DNA from: Actinomycetota bacterium
GTDB taxonomy: Bacteria > Actinomycetota > UBA4738 > HRBIN12
Length of the DNA stretch: 64,000 nt
Direction of reading: 5' to 3'
Assembly: GCA_046731295.1 (NCBI GenBank)
Contig: JBKPKU010000086.1
Span: 811 to 64,810, forward strand
Shown: piece by piece, positions 52,391-62,286 of the stretch
Layout of the letters: every line of letters starts with the position of its first letter
How positions within the stretch are numbered: position 1 is the first letter of the stretch
Translations under genes and position numbers: made by a program
Notes under the pieces: generated by a model
Told to the model about the DNA's origin: nothing
The model's database searches: none
Seen by the model: the letters and a program-made list of their open reading frames with translations, nothing else

Positions 52391-52441
52391 ACCACCCGAA
52401 GCACCGTCCCTCAGTCCCACGAAGCTCCAAGGAGTCGTCCG

Positions 52442-53698
52442 ATGCGTACACACACCTCACGTAGCGCCGTTCGAAGGCTCGCGCTCGCGCGCCTGATCTC
52501 GATTACGGGCGGGGCGGCCACGTTCGCCGCGCTGAACTTCACCGTGTACGAGCGCACGGGTTCGGCGGCCTGGCTCTCGGCGTCGTTGCTGCTTACGTTC
52601 GGCGTGAGCGGTGTGTTCGCGCCGCTCGGCGGTGTGCTGGGGGACCGGTTCGACCGCCGGAAGGTGATGATCGCGTCCGATCTCGCGGGCGCCGCGTGCT
52701 ACGCCGCGATGGCGTTCGTGCACGAGCCGTCGATGCTGATCGCGATCGGGTTCGTGGCCGCGGTGGTCGAGACGCCGTTCTGGTCCGCCTCGGCCGCCGC
52801 CGTGCCGAATCTGGTTGGCGAGGACGAGCTGGCCTGGGCGAACGGCCTGCTGCAGCTCGGCGGGAACGCCGGCATCATGCTCGGCCCGGCGCTGGGCGGC
52901 GCGCTGCTCGCGGCCATCGGTCCCGAGATGGTGTTCGCGGCGAACGCATTCACGTTCGTCGTCTCGGCCGCGATCGTGCTCACGGTCCGCGGCCGGTTCG
53001 CCGAGGAGCGCTCCGAGCAGGACGAGCACGAGCATCGGGGCGTGCGCGCAGGGTTCGTGTTCATCGCGCGCGATCGCGTGCTGCGGACGCTGGTGTTCGC
53101 GTGGGTCGCGTTGGTGTTCGGGATCGGCATGGCGATGGTGGCCGACGTGCCGCTGGCCGAGCTGTTCGGCTCGGGTTCGACCGGCTACGGGCTGATGATC
53201 GGCGCGTTCGGCCTGGGTTCGGTCGCGGGCTCGGTCGCGGCGCGGAACCTGCGCGAACGCAACGAGGCCAAGGCCCTGGTGGTCGGCACGGTCGCGATGG
53301 GCGCGGCCACGGGCGGCATCGCGCTGTCGCCCTGGTTCCCGCCGATCCTGGCGCTGCTGATGGTCTGCGGGTTCGGGGAAGCCGTGATCATGGTCGCCGA
53401 CCGGAGCATCCAGCAGCGGCGGACGCCGGACGCTGTTCGGAGCCGCGTGTCGTCCGCGTCGGAGTCGATGGTCGACATCGCGCTGTCGATCGGCTTCGTG
53501 CTGGGTGGGCCCGCCGTCGCGGCGCTCGGGCCTCGGTGGGTGTACGCGCTGGGCGGGGCGTTCGGGCTGGTCGGTGCCGCGGTGCTGATCCCGGTGCTGC
53601 GCGCGTCCAGACTCGAGGCCAGGGCCGAGCGCGAGCAGGCGCTCGAGCTCGATGAGATCGGGTCCGACGAGCTCGTCGTGGCGCAGGTAGGCGGGTAG
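52442..53698 (+). CDS. MFS transporter, paralogue 1 of 3
   Basis: AAGGAG RBS. The protein is 418 aa with about 12 TM segments. The N-terminus is AVRRLALARLISITGGAATFAALNF...GDRFDRRKVMIASDLAGAAC. Confidence 0.85.
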   Translation: MRTHTSRSAVRRLALARLISITGGAATFAALNFTVYERTGSAAWLSASLLLTFGVSGVFAPLGGVLGDRFDRRKVMIASDLAGAACYAAMAFVHEPSMLIAIGFVAAVVETPFWSASAAAVPNLVGEDELAWANGLLQLGGNAGIMLGPALGGALLAAIGPEMVFAANAFTFVVSAAIVLTVRGRFAEERSEQDEHEHRGVRAGFVFIARDRVLRTLVFAWVALVFGIGMAMVADVPLAELFGSGSTGYGLMIGAFGLGSVAGSVAARNLRERNEAKALVVGTVAMGAATGGIALSPWFPPILALLMVCGFGEAVIMVADRSIQQRRTPDAVRSRVSSASESMVDIALSIGFVLGGPAVAALGPRWVYALGGAFGLVGAAVLIPVLRASRLEARAEREQALELDEIGSDELVVAQVGG

Positions 53699-53716
53699 AC
53701 GAGGATCGGGGGGCGG

Positions 53717-54925
53717 ATGGACACTCGGCCGATGGCTGCCCCCCGATCCGCCGTTCGAAGGCTGGCGACCGCCCGGATCATCTCGATCTCGGGCGGCGCC
53801 GCCGCCTACACGGCGCTGAACTTCACGATCCTCGAGCAGACCGGGTCGGCGGCGTGGGTGGCGGTCTCGCTGCTACTGACGTTCGGTGTGACCGGCTTCG
53901 TGGTGCCGCCGGCCGGGATCCTGGGGGACCGCTTCGACCGCCGCAAGGTGCTGATCGCGTCCGACCTCGCCGGTGCGGCGTGCTTCGCGATGATGGCGCT
54001 GTCCTCCGAGCCCGCGTGGCTGCTTCCGTGGGCGTTCCTGTCGGCGGTGGCCGAGGCTCCGTTCTGGTCTGCGTCCGAGGCCGCGATCCCCAACGTCGCC
54101 GGCCCCGAGCTCACGACGTGGGCCAACAGCCTGTTGGGGGCGAGCCGGCTGGCCGGCGTTGCGATCGGTCCGGCCCTGGGAGGTGCACTCCTCGCGGCGA
54201 CGAGCCCGAGCATCGTGTTCGGCCTGAACGCGGTCTCGTTCGTCCTGTCGGCCCTGATCATCGTCACGGTCCACGGTCGCTTCTCCGGCGAGCCGTCGGA
54301 GGAGGAGTTCCGAGGCATGCGCGCGGGGTTCCGCTTCCTCCGGCACGACCGCGTGCTTCGGACGCTCCTGCTCGCGTGGGTCGTGTTCATCTCCGGCATG
54401 GGCATGTCGATGGTCGCGGACGCGCCGCTCGCGGAGTTCTTCGATGCCGGAGCGTTCGGGTTTGGGCTGTTGATCACGGCGTGGGGCGGCGGCTCGGCGC
54501 TGGGCGCCCTGTTCGCCAGGCGCATGCCGACCGGGAGCGAGGGAACGTGGCTGGTTTCGGCCGGCGCCGTGATCGCGGCCACGGGGATCGGCATCGGCGT
54601 CTCGCCGTGGTTCGCGCTGGCCGTGATGCTGATGTTCGTCATGGGTCTCGCGGACGGGACCACGATCGTGGCGGAAACCAACCTGCGGCAGCGACGGCCG
54701 CCCGACGCCGTCCGGAGCCGCGTGACGGCCGCGTTCAGCGGCGTGATGCATCTGATGCTGGCGTTCTCGTACATCGTCGCGGCGGTCGTCGTCCCGTGGC
54801 TCGGGCCGAAGCCGACCTACGTTATCGGAGGCGTTACCGCCGGGCTCGCGGTGTTCGTCCTGCTGCGGATGAAGCGGTACCTGGAAGAGGACGAGGCCGG
54901 CGGGATGGGGGAGCAGGCGGCATGA
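53717..54925 (+). CDS. MFS transporter, paralogue 2 of 3
   Basis: A 402-aa protein colinear with paralogue 1 (AVRRLATARIISISGGAAAYTALNF...GDRFDRRKVLIASDLAGAAC). Confidence 0.85.
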   Translation: MDTRPMAAPRSAVRRLATARIISISGGAAAYTALNFTILEQTGSAAWVAVSLLLTFGVTGFVVPPAGILGDRFDRRKVLIASDLAGAACFAMMALSSEPAWLLPWAFLSAVAEAPFWSASEAAIPNVAGPELTTWANSLLGASRLAGVAIGPALGGALLAATSPSIVFGLNAVSFVLSALIIVTVHGRFSGEPSEEEFRGMRAGFRFLRHDRVLRTLLLAWVVFISGMGMSMVADAPLAEFFDAGAFGFGLLITAWGGGSALGALFARRMPTGSEGTWLVSAGAVIAATGIGIGVSPWFALAVMLMFVMGLADGTTIVAETNLRQRRPPDAVRSRVTAAFSGVMHLMLAFSYIVAAVVVPWLGPKPTYVIGGVTAGLAVFVLLRMKRYLEEDEAGGMGEQAA

Positions 54926-56157
54926 CCGCGCCCCGAACCGCCGTGCGCCGGTTCGCGCTCGCGCGCCTGATCTCGATCACCGGGAGCGCTGCAGCGTACA
55001 CGGCGCTGATGTTCGAGATCTACGACAAGACTGGTTCGGCGGCCTGGCTGGCGGCGTCGCTGCTGGTGACCGAGGGGCTGACCGGCGTGGTCGCGCCGCT
55101 CACGAGCATCCTGGGCGACCGGCTCGACCGCCGGAAGGTGATGATCTGGTCGGACCTGGCCGCGGCGGCGTGTTTCGTCGGGATGTCCGTCGCGCCGATC
55201 CCGGGTCCGCTGGTGTTCGTCGCCCTCCTGTCGGCGTTCGCCGAGGCGCCGTTCTGGCCAGCCTCGGGCGCGGCGATCCCGAACCTGGTTCCCGAGGACC
55301 AGGTGAGCTGGGCGAACAGCCTGATCGCGGTCGGCCGGAACCTCGGGATCATGCTCGGGCCCGCGGTCGGCGGGCTGCTGCTCGCGGCCGCCGGCGCGCC
55401 GGCCGTGTTCCTGATCAACGCGGCGTCCTTCGTGATCTCGGCGCTGCTGGTCGTGTCCGTTCGAGGCGCGCGCTTCTCGGGGGACCGATCGGACGAGGAG
55501 GAGCATCGCGGGCTGGCGGCCGGCTTCCGCTTCCTGTGGCGCGAGCCCGTCTTGCGGCTGCTCGCGATCGGGTGGGTCGTGTTCGTCCTGGGGGTCGGCA
55601 TGGCCATGGTCGGCGACGTCCCGCTGGTCGAGCTGTTCGACCGGGGCGCCGGCGCGTACGGCGTGATGATCGGGCTGTGGGGCGCCGGGTCGGTGATCGG
55701 TTCGCTGGCCGGCCGAAAGCTGAAGCCGTCGAACGAGGCCCGGTGGCTGGTGCTGGGCACCGGCATGGTCGCCGTGTTCGCGCTGGCGGTCGCGATCTCG
55801 CCGTGGTTCTCGCTGGTCCTGGGGCTGAATCTCGCCTGGGGCGCGGCGGAGGCCGTGACCAACGTCGCCGACCAGAACATCATGCAGCGCCGCTCGCCGG
55901 ACTCGGTTCGGAGCCGCGTGTTCGGGGCTCAGGAGGGGATCTGGCACGGCGCCATCTCGATCTCCTACATCGGGGCGGCGTTCGTGCTTCCGGTCGTTGG
56001 AGCCCGCGGGATGTACGCGATCCTCGGGGTCACGGCCCTGCTCTCGGCGATCGTGATCACGCCGATCCTGCGGCTGGACCGGCCCTCCGACGAGGTGGCT
56101 GAGCCAGAGGCGCCCGTCCTGCACGCGCCTGTCGTTCCCGGCGATCCGCCCGCATGA
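54922..56157 (+). CDS. MFS transporter, paralogue 3 of 3
   Basis: ATG 54922 overlaps the paralogue 2 stop (ATGA). It is 411 aa and colinear with the others (AVRRFALARLISITGSAAAYTALMF...GDRLDRRKVMIWSDLAAAAC). Confidence 0.85.
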   Translation: MTAPRTAVRRFALARLISITGSAAAYTALMFEIYDKTGSAAWLAASLLVTEGLTGVVAPLTSILGDRLDRRKVMIWSDLAAAACFVGMSVAPIPGPLVFVALLSAFAEAPFWPASGAAIPNLVPEDQVSWANSLIAVGRNLGIMLGPAVGGLLLAAAGAPAVFLINAASFVISALLVVSVRGARFSGDRSDEEEHRGLAAGFRFLWREPVLRLLAIGWVVFVLGVGMAMVGDVPLVELFDRGAGAYGVMIGLWGAGSVIGSLAGRKLKPSNEARWLVLGTGMVAVFALAVAISPWFSLVLGLNLAWGAAEAVTNVADQNIMQRRSPDSVRSRVFGAQEGIWHGAISISYIGAAFVLPVVGARGMYAILGVTALLSAIVITPILRLDRPSDEVAEPEAPVLHAPVVPGDPPA

Positions 56158-56164
56158 TGGAAGC

Positions 56165-56707
56165 GTGGACTCGCTCCGCGGGCACCTGCTGATCGCCGGA
56201 TCCTCGCTGCAGGATCCGAACTTCCGCCGCACCGTCGTGCTCGTCGGCCACCACGACGACGAGGGCGCGGTCGGTGTGGTGCTCAACCGCGAGAGCGAGG
56301 TCGAGGTGGCGGCGGCGGTGCCGCCGCTCGCCGGGCTCGTGGAGCCCGGGGAGCGGCTCTTCTTCGGCGGCCCGGTCTCATCGCAGTCGGCGGTGGTGCT
56401 CGCCGACTTCGAGCACCCTGAGAACGCCGAGGTGGTCGCGTTCGACTCGGTGGGGTTCCTGCCCGAAGAGACCGACTCGGACGCGATCGGCGGGCTGCGA
56501 CGCGCGAGGGTGTTCGCCGGCTACGCGGGGTGGGGTGCCGGCCAGCTCGAGGCCGAACTCGAAGAAGGCTCCTGGCTCACCGAACCTGCGCTTGCGGCCG
56601 ACGTGTTCACCGGCGATCCCGACGGGCTTTGGGCGTCGGTGGTTCGGCGCAAGGGCCCGGCGTTCCGGCTGATGTCGACGATGCCGTTCGACCCCGAGCT
56701 CAACTGA
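56165..56707 (+). CDS. YqgE/AlgH family protein (UPF0301)
   Basis: GTG start, 180 aa. The pattern is LLIAGSSLQDPNFRRTVVLVGHHDDEGAVGVVLNR ... AGYAGWGAGQLE. Confidence 0.8.
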   Translation: MDSLRGHLLIAGSSLQDPNFRRTVVLVGHHDDEGAVGVVLNRESEVEVAAAVPPLAGLVEPGERLFFGGPVSSQSAVVLADFEHPENAEVVAFDSVGFLPEETDSDAIGGLRRARVFAGYAGWGAGQLEAELEEGSWLTEPALAADVFTGDPDGLWASVVRRKGPAFRLMSTMPFDPELN

Positions 56708-56756
56708 CCGCTAGGCTCGCCCTACCGCCGCCGGCGGGGACGCAACAGGAGGAGCC

Positions 56757-57914
56757 ATGCCGTCCGAGACGTTCACGTTCTACATCCAGCCCTGGTACCG
56801 CAAGTCGCCGTACTTCGAGGCCACCAAGCGGCACGGCTGCAAGAGCTGGGGCCTTTACAACCACATGCTGCTGCCGACGCTGTACGACGACCCGGTCGAC
56901 GAGTACCGAGCGCTCGTCGAGGGCGTGACGCTCTGGGACGTCGCCGTCGAGCGCTGCGTCGAGGTCCGGGGCCCGGACGCGTTCGACCTGGTGAACCTCG
57001 TGACCTGCCGAGACCTGGCGAAGGTGCAGCCGATGCAGGCGCGGTACGTGCTGCTCACCGCGCCCTGGGGCGGCATCGTGAACGACCCCGTCCTGCTGCG
57101 ACTGGACCGCAACCGGTTCTGGTTGGCGCTCGCCGACTCGGACGCGCTGCTGTACCTGGCCGGGGTCGCCGGCGCGAACGGCATGGACGTCTCGATCTTC
57201 GAGGCCGACGTCGCGCCGATGCAGGTCCAGGGGCCGCGCTCGAAGGACCTGATGCGCGACCTGCTCGGGGACGAGGTGGCCGACCTGCGCTACTACTTCT
57301 GCGCGGAGGCGGAGGTCGACGGCATCCCGGTGATCGTGAGCCGGACCGGCTGGACCGGGGAGGTCGGCTACGAGCTGTACCTCCAGGACGCCGCTCGCGG
57401 CGACGACCTGTTCGAGCGCGTGTTCCAGGCGGGCGAGCCCTACGGGATCCGCGTGATCGCGCCGAGCGAGGCCCGCCGCATCGAGGCCGGGATCTTCAAC
57501 TACGGCTCGGACGTCCGGATCGAGGACACGCCGCTGCACGTCACGGGGCTCGAGAAGTTCGTCGAATGGGACCAGGACGCCGACTTCATCGGCCGGAAGC
57601 GGCTCGAGGAGATCCGCGACGGGAACCTGCTCGACCGAATGCTCGTCGGCGTGGACATCGGCGGCGAGCCGATGACCGACGAGGGCGCGTTGAACGACGC
57701 CTGGCCGCTCTTCATGGGCGACGCGCGTCTGGGCCGGATCACCGCCGGCGCGTGGTCGCCGCGGCTCGAACGCAACATCGGCTACGCCTGGGTCCCGATC
57801 CGGTGGGAGGAGCCCGGTTCCGCGTTCGAGGCCGAGACGCCGCGCGGACGCGTCCCCGTCACGGTCGCGCCCCTGCCGTTCGTCGACCCGTCCAAGGACA
57901 TCCCGACGTCGTAG
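56757..57914 (+). CDS. GcvT-family aminomethyltransferase-like protein (folate-dependent)
   Basis: It has SRTGWTGEVGYELY and the C-terminal barrel pattern IGYAWVP. The protein is 385 aa. Confidence 0.75.
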   Translation: MPSETFTFYIQPWYRKSPYFEATKRHGCKSWGLYNHMLLPTLYDDPVDEYRALVEGVTLWDVAVERCVEVRGPDAFDLVNLVTCRDLAKVQPMQARYVLLTAPWGGIVNDPVLLRLDRNRFWLALADSDALLYLAGVAGANGMDVSIFEADVAPMQVQGPRSKDLMRDLLGDEVADLRYYFCAEAEVDGIPVIVSRTGWTGEVGYELYLQDAARGDDLFERVFQAGEPYGIRVIAPSEARRIEAGIFNYGSDVRIEDTPLHVTGLEKFVEWDQDADFIGRKRLEEIRDGNLLDRMLVGVDIGGEPMTDEGALNDAWPLFMGDARLGRITAGAWSPRLERNIGYAWVPIRWEEPGSAFEAETPRGRVPVTVAPLPFVDPSKDIPTS

Positions 57915-57925
57915 CCTTCGGGCCC

Positions 57926-58702
57926 ATGAGCGAGTCGGTCCGGTTCGATCGTGTCGCGGAGACCTACGACACGACGCGCGCGACCTCCGACGAGGCGATG
58001 GCGCGCACGATCGAGCTGCTCGCGTCCGAGCTCGATGGAAGGGGCCGCGCGCTCGAGGTCGGGGTCGGCACCGGCCTGCTCGCGCTGCCGCTGCACGAGG
58101 CCGGCCTGCCGCTCGCGGGGCTCGACCTCACGCCGGCGATGATGGCCAAGCTCGTCGAGAAGGCCGGCGGCGCATCGCCGTTCCCGCTGGTCCAGGCCGA
58201 CGCCACGCGGATGCCGTTCGCCGACGGCGCGTTCGCCGGCGCCTACCTGCGGTGGGTGCTCCACTTGATCCCGAACTGGCGGGATGCGCTCGGCGAGACC
58301 GTGCGCGTCGTCGAGCCTGGGGGCGTGCTCCTCGTCTGCCTCGGCGCCTACGACGAGCCGAGCACCCAGATCCGCCGCAGGTTCACCGAGCTCACCGGTA
58401 TCGAGACCGACCCGCCCGGCCTGATCTGGGGCCAGCACGAGCTGCTCGACGAGTACATGGACGAGCTCGGCGCGCGGCTGCGGCTGCTGCCGCCGATCCA
58501 GGAGGCGGAGCAGGGGACGCTCGGCGAGTTCCTCGACGCGATCGAGGAGGGCCGCTGGTCGTGGACCTGGAACACGCCCGAGGGGGCTCGGCGGAGCGCC
58601 GTCCGCGAGATGCGACCCTGGGTCGAGGAGCGGTTCGGCCCGCTCGACCGTGCCGAGCCGAACGAGTTCGCCACGATCTGGCGCGCCTACGACCTCCCGT
58701 AA
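57926..58702 (+). CDS. Class I SAM-dependent methyltransferase
   Basis: ATG 57926 lies in frame in ORF 57566-58702. Motif I reads LEVGVGTGLL. Confidence 0.75.
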   Translation: MSESVRFDRVAETYDTTRATSDEAMARTIELLASELDGRGRALEVGVGTGLLALPLHEAGLPLAGLDLTPAMMAKLVEKAGGASPFPLVQADATRMPFADGAFAGAYLRWVLHLIPNWRDALGETVRVVEPGGVLLVCLGAYDEPSTQIRRRFTELTGIETDPPGLIWGQHELLDEYMDELGARLRLLPPIQEAEQGTLGEFLDAIEEGRWSWTWNTPEGARRSAVREMRPWVEERFGPLDRAEPNEFATIWRAYDLP

Positions 58703-58782
58703 CCACCACCCCTGACCAGCGGCTATTCTGTGCCCACCGGGCTCGCGGCCCGGCCCGAGACCGCCCCGAGGAGGACCCGAGG

Positions 58783-59709
58783 ATGCCGATCACCGAGGCC
58801 GAGAAGATCTGGAAGGACGGCGCGCTCGTCGATTGGGCCGACGCCAACGTCCATGTGCTCTCGCATGCCGTCCACTACGGGAGCGGCGTGTTCGAGGGCA
58901 TCCGCGCCTACGCCACCGAGCGCGGGCCGGCGGTCTGGCACCTGGACGAGCACCTGAAGCGCCTCTTCCGCTCGGCCAAGCTGTACCACATGGACATGCC
59001 GTACTCCGTCGAGGCGATCACGGATGCCGTGAGGGAAGTCATCACCGCCAACGGCCTGGACGCCTGCTACATCCGCCCGATCGTGCTTCGGGGCTACGGC
59101 GAGATGGGCGTGAACCCGCTCAACGCGCCGGTCAACGTGTTCATCGCGACGTGGCCGTGGGGCGCGTACCTGGGCGAGGACGCGCTCGAGAACGGCGTGC
59201 GGATCAAGATCTCGTCCTGGCGGCGGAACGCGCAGAACGCGCTCCCGTCCTCGGCCAAGGCCACCGGTCAGTACATCAACGGCGTGCTCGCCAAGATCGA
59301 GAGCGTGATGGGCGGCTACGACGAGGCGGTGATGCTGAACGAGCAGGGCTACATCACCGACGGTTCGGGCGAGAACTTGTTCATCGTCCGCGACGGCCGG
59401 CTCACCACGCCCCCGATCTCGGCCGGCTGCCTGGACGGGATCACGCGCGGGAGCGTGATCCGGATCGCTCGGGATCTCGGCTACGACGTCACCGAGGAGA
59501 ACCTGGTCCGCACCGACCTGTACAACGCCGAGGAGTGTTTCTTCACCGGCACGGCGGCCGAGATCACCCCGGTCCGCGAGGTCGACGACCGGGCCGTGGG
59601 CGAGGGGCACCGCGGGCCGATCACCAAGGAGCTGCAGGGCGCCTTCTTCGCCGCCACCAAGGGCGAGACCGAGGCGTATGCGTCCTGGCTCACCTACGTC
59701 AACGAGTGA
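58783..59709 (+). CDS. ilvE: Branched-chain amino acid aminotransferase
   Basis: ATG 58783 follows a GAGGAGGA RBS. It has class IV PLP enzyme features, including YGSGVFEGIRAY and EAVMLNEQGYITDGSGENLF. Confidence 0.9.
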   Translation: MPITEAEKIWKDGALVDWADANVHVLSHAVHYGSGVFEGIRAYATERGPAVWHLDEHLKRLFRSAKLYHMDMPYSVEAITDAVREVITANGLDACYIRPIVLRGYGEMGVNPLNAPVNVFIATWPWGAYLGEDALENGVRIKISSWRRNAQNALPSSAKATGQYINGVLAKIESVMGGYDEAVMLNEQGYITDGSGENLFIVRDGRLTTPPISAGCLDGITRGSVIRIARDLGYDVTEENLVRTDLYNAEECFFTGTAAEITPVREVDDRAVGEGHRGPITKELQGAFFAATKGETEAYASWLTYVNE

Positions 59710-59745
59710 TCCACACCTCGTCGCGTGGGAGATAGGCTGCCGGAC

Positions 59746-62286
59746 ATGGAGGACGAGGCCCACTACCGGCTGCCGCGCACGGTGGTACCGAGCCGCTACG
59801 ACCTGACGCTCGAACCCGACCTGGCCCAGGCCACGTTCACGGGCTCGGAGGTCATCGCGGTCTCGGTGGAGGAGTCGGTCGACGAGATCGTGCTCAACGC
59901 GGACGACCTGGAGCTCGGCGGGGGGCGCCTCGAGGGGCCGGCAGGCACGCTCGAGGTCACCTCGATCCGCCTGGATCCCGAGAACGAGCGCGCGCACCTG
60001 TCGCTCTCGCGCACGGCCGAGCCGGGGGAGTGGAGGCTGTCGCTGGACTTCCGCGGGAGGCTCTCGGACCAGTTGGAGGGCTTCTACCGCTCCACCTACA
60101 AGGACGACGCTGGGCAGACGCACGTGATCGCGACCACCCAGTTCGAGTCCACCGACGCGCGGCGCGCGTTCCCCTGCTGGGACGAGCCCGATCTGAAGGC
60201 CGTGTTCGGCGTCACGCTCGTAGCGCCCGAGGGCATGCTCGCGATCTCCAACGGCCCCGAGATCGAGCGGGAATCGCTGGGCGGCGGGCGCGTGCGCGTG
60301 AGGTTCGCCGACACGATGACGATGTCGACGTACCTGGTCGCGTTCGTCGTGGGCCCGCTCGAGGCCACCGAACCCGTGGACGCCGATGGCGTCCCGCTCC
60401 GGATCGTCCACCGGCCCGGCAAGCAGGACCTGACCGCGTTCTCGCAGGACGTGGGCGCGTTCAGCCTCCGGTTCTTCGCCGACTACTACGGGATCCCGTA
60501 CCCCGACCGGAAGATGGACATGGTCGGCCTTCCGGACTTCGCGCAGGGCGCGATGGAGAACCTCGGCTGCGTCACCTACCGCGAGAGCCTGCTGCTGGTC
60601 GACCCCGACAAGGCCACCCAGCCCGAGGTGGCGACGGTGGCCGACGTGATCGCCCACGAGCTCGCCCACATGTGGTTCGGCGACCTTGTGACGATGCGAT
60701 GGTGGAACGGTATCTGGCTGAACGAGGCCTTCGCCACGCTGATGGAGCTGCTGGCGGTCGACGCGTACCGGCCCGACTGGGAACGCTGGAGCCAGTTCCT
60801 GCGTTCGCGCGCGATCGCGTTCGAGGTGGACGCGCTCGAGAGCACGCGCTCGATCGAGTATCCCGTGCGCTCGCCCGACGACGCGGCGGGGATGTTCGAC
60901 ATCCTCACCTACACCAAGGGCGCCGCGGTCCTAAGGATGCTCGAGCAGTACCTGGGCGCCGAACGCTTCCGCGACGGCATCCGCCGGTACCTGGACGAGC
61001 ACCGGTTCGGCAACACCGAGACCCACGACCTGTGGGACGCGATCGAAAAGGCCACGGGCGAGCCCGTCCGCCGGATCATGGACGGCTGGATCTGGCAGGG
61101 CGGCTACCCGCTGGTCTCGGCCCGGCTGAAGGGGGGCTCGGTCGAGCTCTCGCAGCGTCGGTACCTCATCTCCGGTAAGGAGGACGACACGGTCTGGGAC
61201 GTCCCGCTGCTCGTGCGGACCGCCGAGGGGACCGAACCCGTGCTGATCGAGCCCGGCGGCGTGGCGTTCGAGGTTCCGGCGCGGGACCCGATCGTGGTGA
61301 ACGCCGGCGTCCACGCGTTCGTGCGCGTGGACTACGACGACGAGCTGCTCGGCCGGCTGACCGCCGACCTGACGTCGCTTTCGACCGACGAGCGAACGCA
61401 GCTGGTGGACGACACGTGGGCCGCGGTCGTGGCCGGCCGGCGCTCGGCGGTCGACTTCTGCCGGTTCGCCGAGTCCTTCCGGGAGGAGACCGAGCTGCCG
61501 GTGTGGCAGTCGCTCCTTCAGAGCCTCGGCTGGTGCGAGCGGTTCCTTTCCGACGGGCCTCGAGAGCACTTCCGCTCGTGGATCCGCGGCCTGCTCTGGC
61601 CCGCGATGGATCGCATCGGCTGGGAGCCGCGCGATGGCGAGCGCGAGCTCGACAAGCCGCTGCGCGGGGCGCTCATGGCCGCGCTCGGGATCCTGGGGGC
61701 CGACCCCCATGCGTTCGGCATGGCGATGGAGATCGAGCGCGAGTCCCGCGGCGACGGCCAGGTGGATCCCTCGCTCGTCGCTGCGTCGGTCGGCATCGTG
61801 GCGGCTGGCGGCACCCCCGAGGACTTCGAGCGTTACCTCGAGGCGATGCGTTCGGCGCGCACGCCGCAGGAGGAGCTTCGCTACCTGTACGCGCTGCCCG
61901 AGTTCCGCGACGCGATGCTGCTGGACAAGACCGTGGGCATGACGCTCACCGACGAGATCCGCACGCAGAACGTCCCCGGCGTGCTGGCTCGCTCGATGGC
62001 CAACCGCGAGCACGGCGTCCGGGCATGGGCGTTCGCCAAGGAGCACTGGGACGAGATCGTGTCGCAGGTCGCGCCCACGACTCTGATCTACGTGGCGGAC
62101 GGCGTTCGGTACCTGACCGAGCCCGAGCAGGTGAAGGACGCGGCCGGATTCTTCAGGGCGCACCCGATCCCGCAGTCGGCGCTGCAGCTCGAGCAGATCC
62201 TGGAGCGCCAGCGCGTGAACGAGGCGTTCCGCAAGCGCGCGACGCCCGAGCTCATGGGCGTGTTCGGCGCGGGCCCGGAGCTCTAG
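59746..62286 (+). CDS. pepN: Aminopeptidase N (M1 family)
   Basis: GAMEN motif (QGAMENLG) and HELAHMWFGD-x18-E zinc site (WLNEAF). A GTG at 59725 is an alternative start. Confidence 0.92.
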   Translation: MEDEAHYRLPRTVVPSRYDLTLEPDLAQATFTGSEVIAVSVEESVDEIVLNADDLELGGGRLEGPAGTLEVTSIRLDPENERAHLSLSRTAEPGEWRLSLDFRGRLSDQLEGFYRSTYKDDAGQTHVIATTQFESTDARRAFPCWDEPDLKAVFGVTLVAPEGMLAISNGPEIERESLGGGRVRVRFADTMTMSTYLVAFVVGPLEATEPVDADGVPLRIVHRPGKQDLTAFSQDVGAFSLRFFADYYGIPYPDRKMDMVGLPDFAQGAMENLGCVTYRESLLLVDPDKATQPEVATVADVIAHELAHMWFGDLVTMRWWNGIWLNEAFATLMELLAVDAYRPDWERWSQFLRSRAIAFEVDALESTRSIEYPVRSPDDAAGMFDILTYTKGAAVLRMLEQYLGAERFRDGIRRYLDEHRFGNTETHDLWDAIEKATGEPVRRIMDGWIWQGGYPLVSARLKGGSVELSQRRYLISGKEDDTVWDVPLLVRTAEGTEPVLIEPGGVAFEVPARDPIVVNAGVHAFVRVDYDDELLGRLTADLTSLSTDERTQLVDDTWAAVVAGRRSAVDFCRFAESFREETELPVWQSLLQSLGWCERFLSDGPREHFRSWIRGLLWPAMDRIGWEPRDGERELDKPLRGALMAALGILGADPHAFGMAMEIERESRGDGQVDPSLVAASVGIVAAGGTPEDFERYLEAMRSARTPQEELRYLYALPEFRDAMLLDKTVGMTLTDEIRTQNVPGVLARSMANREHGVRAWAFAKEHWDEIVSQVAPTTLIYVADGVRYLTEPEQVKDAAGFFRAHPIPQSALQLEQILERQRVNEAFRKRATPELMGVFGAGPEL

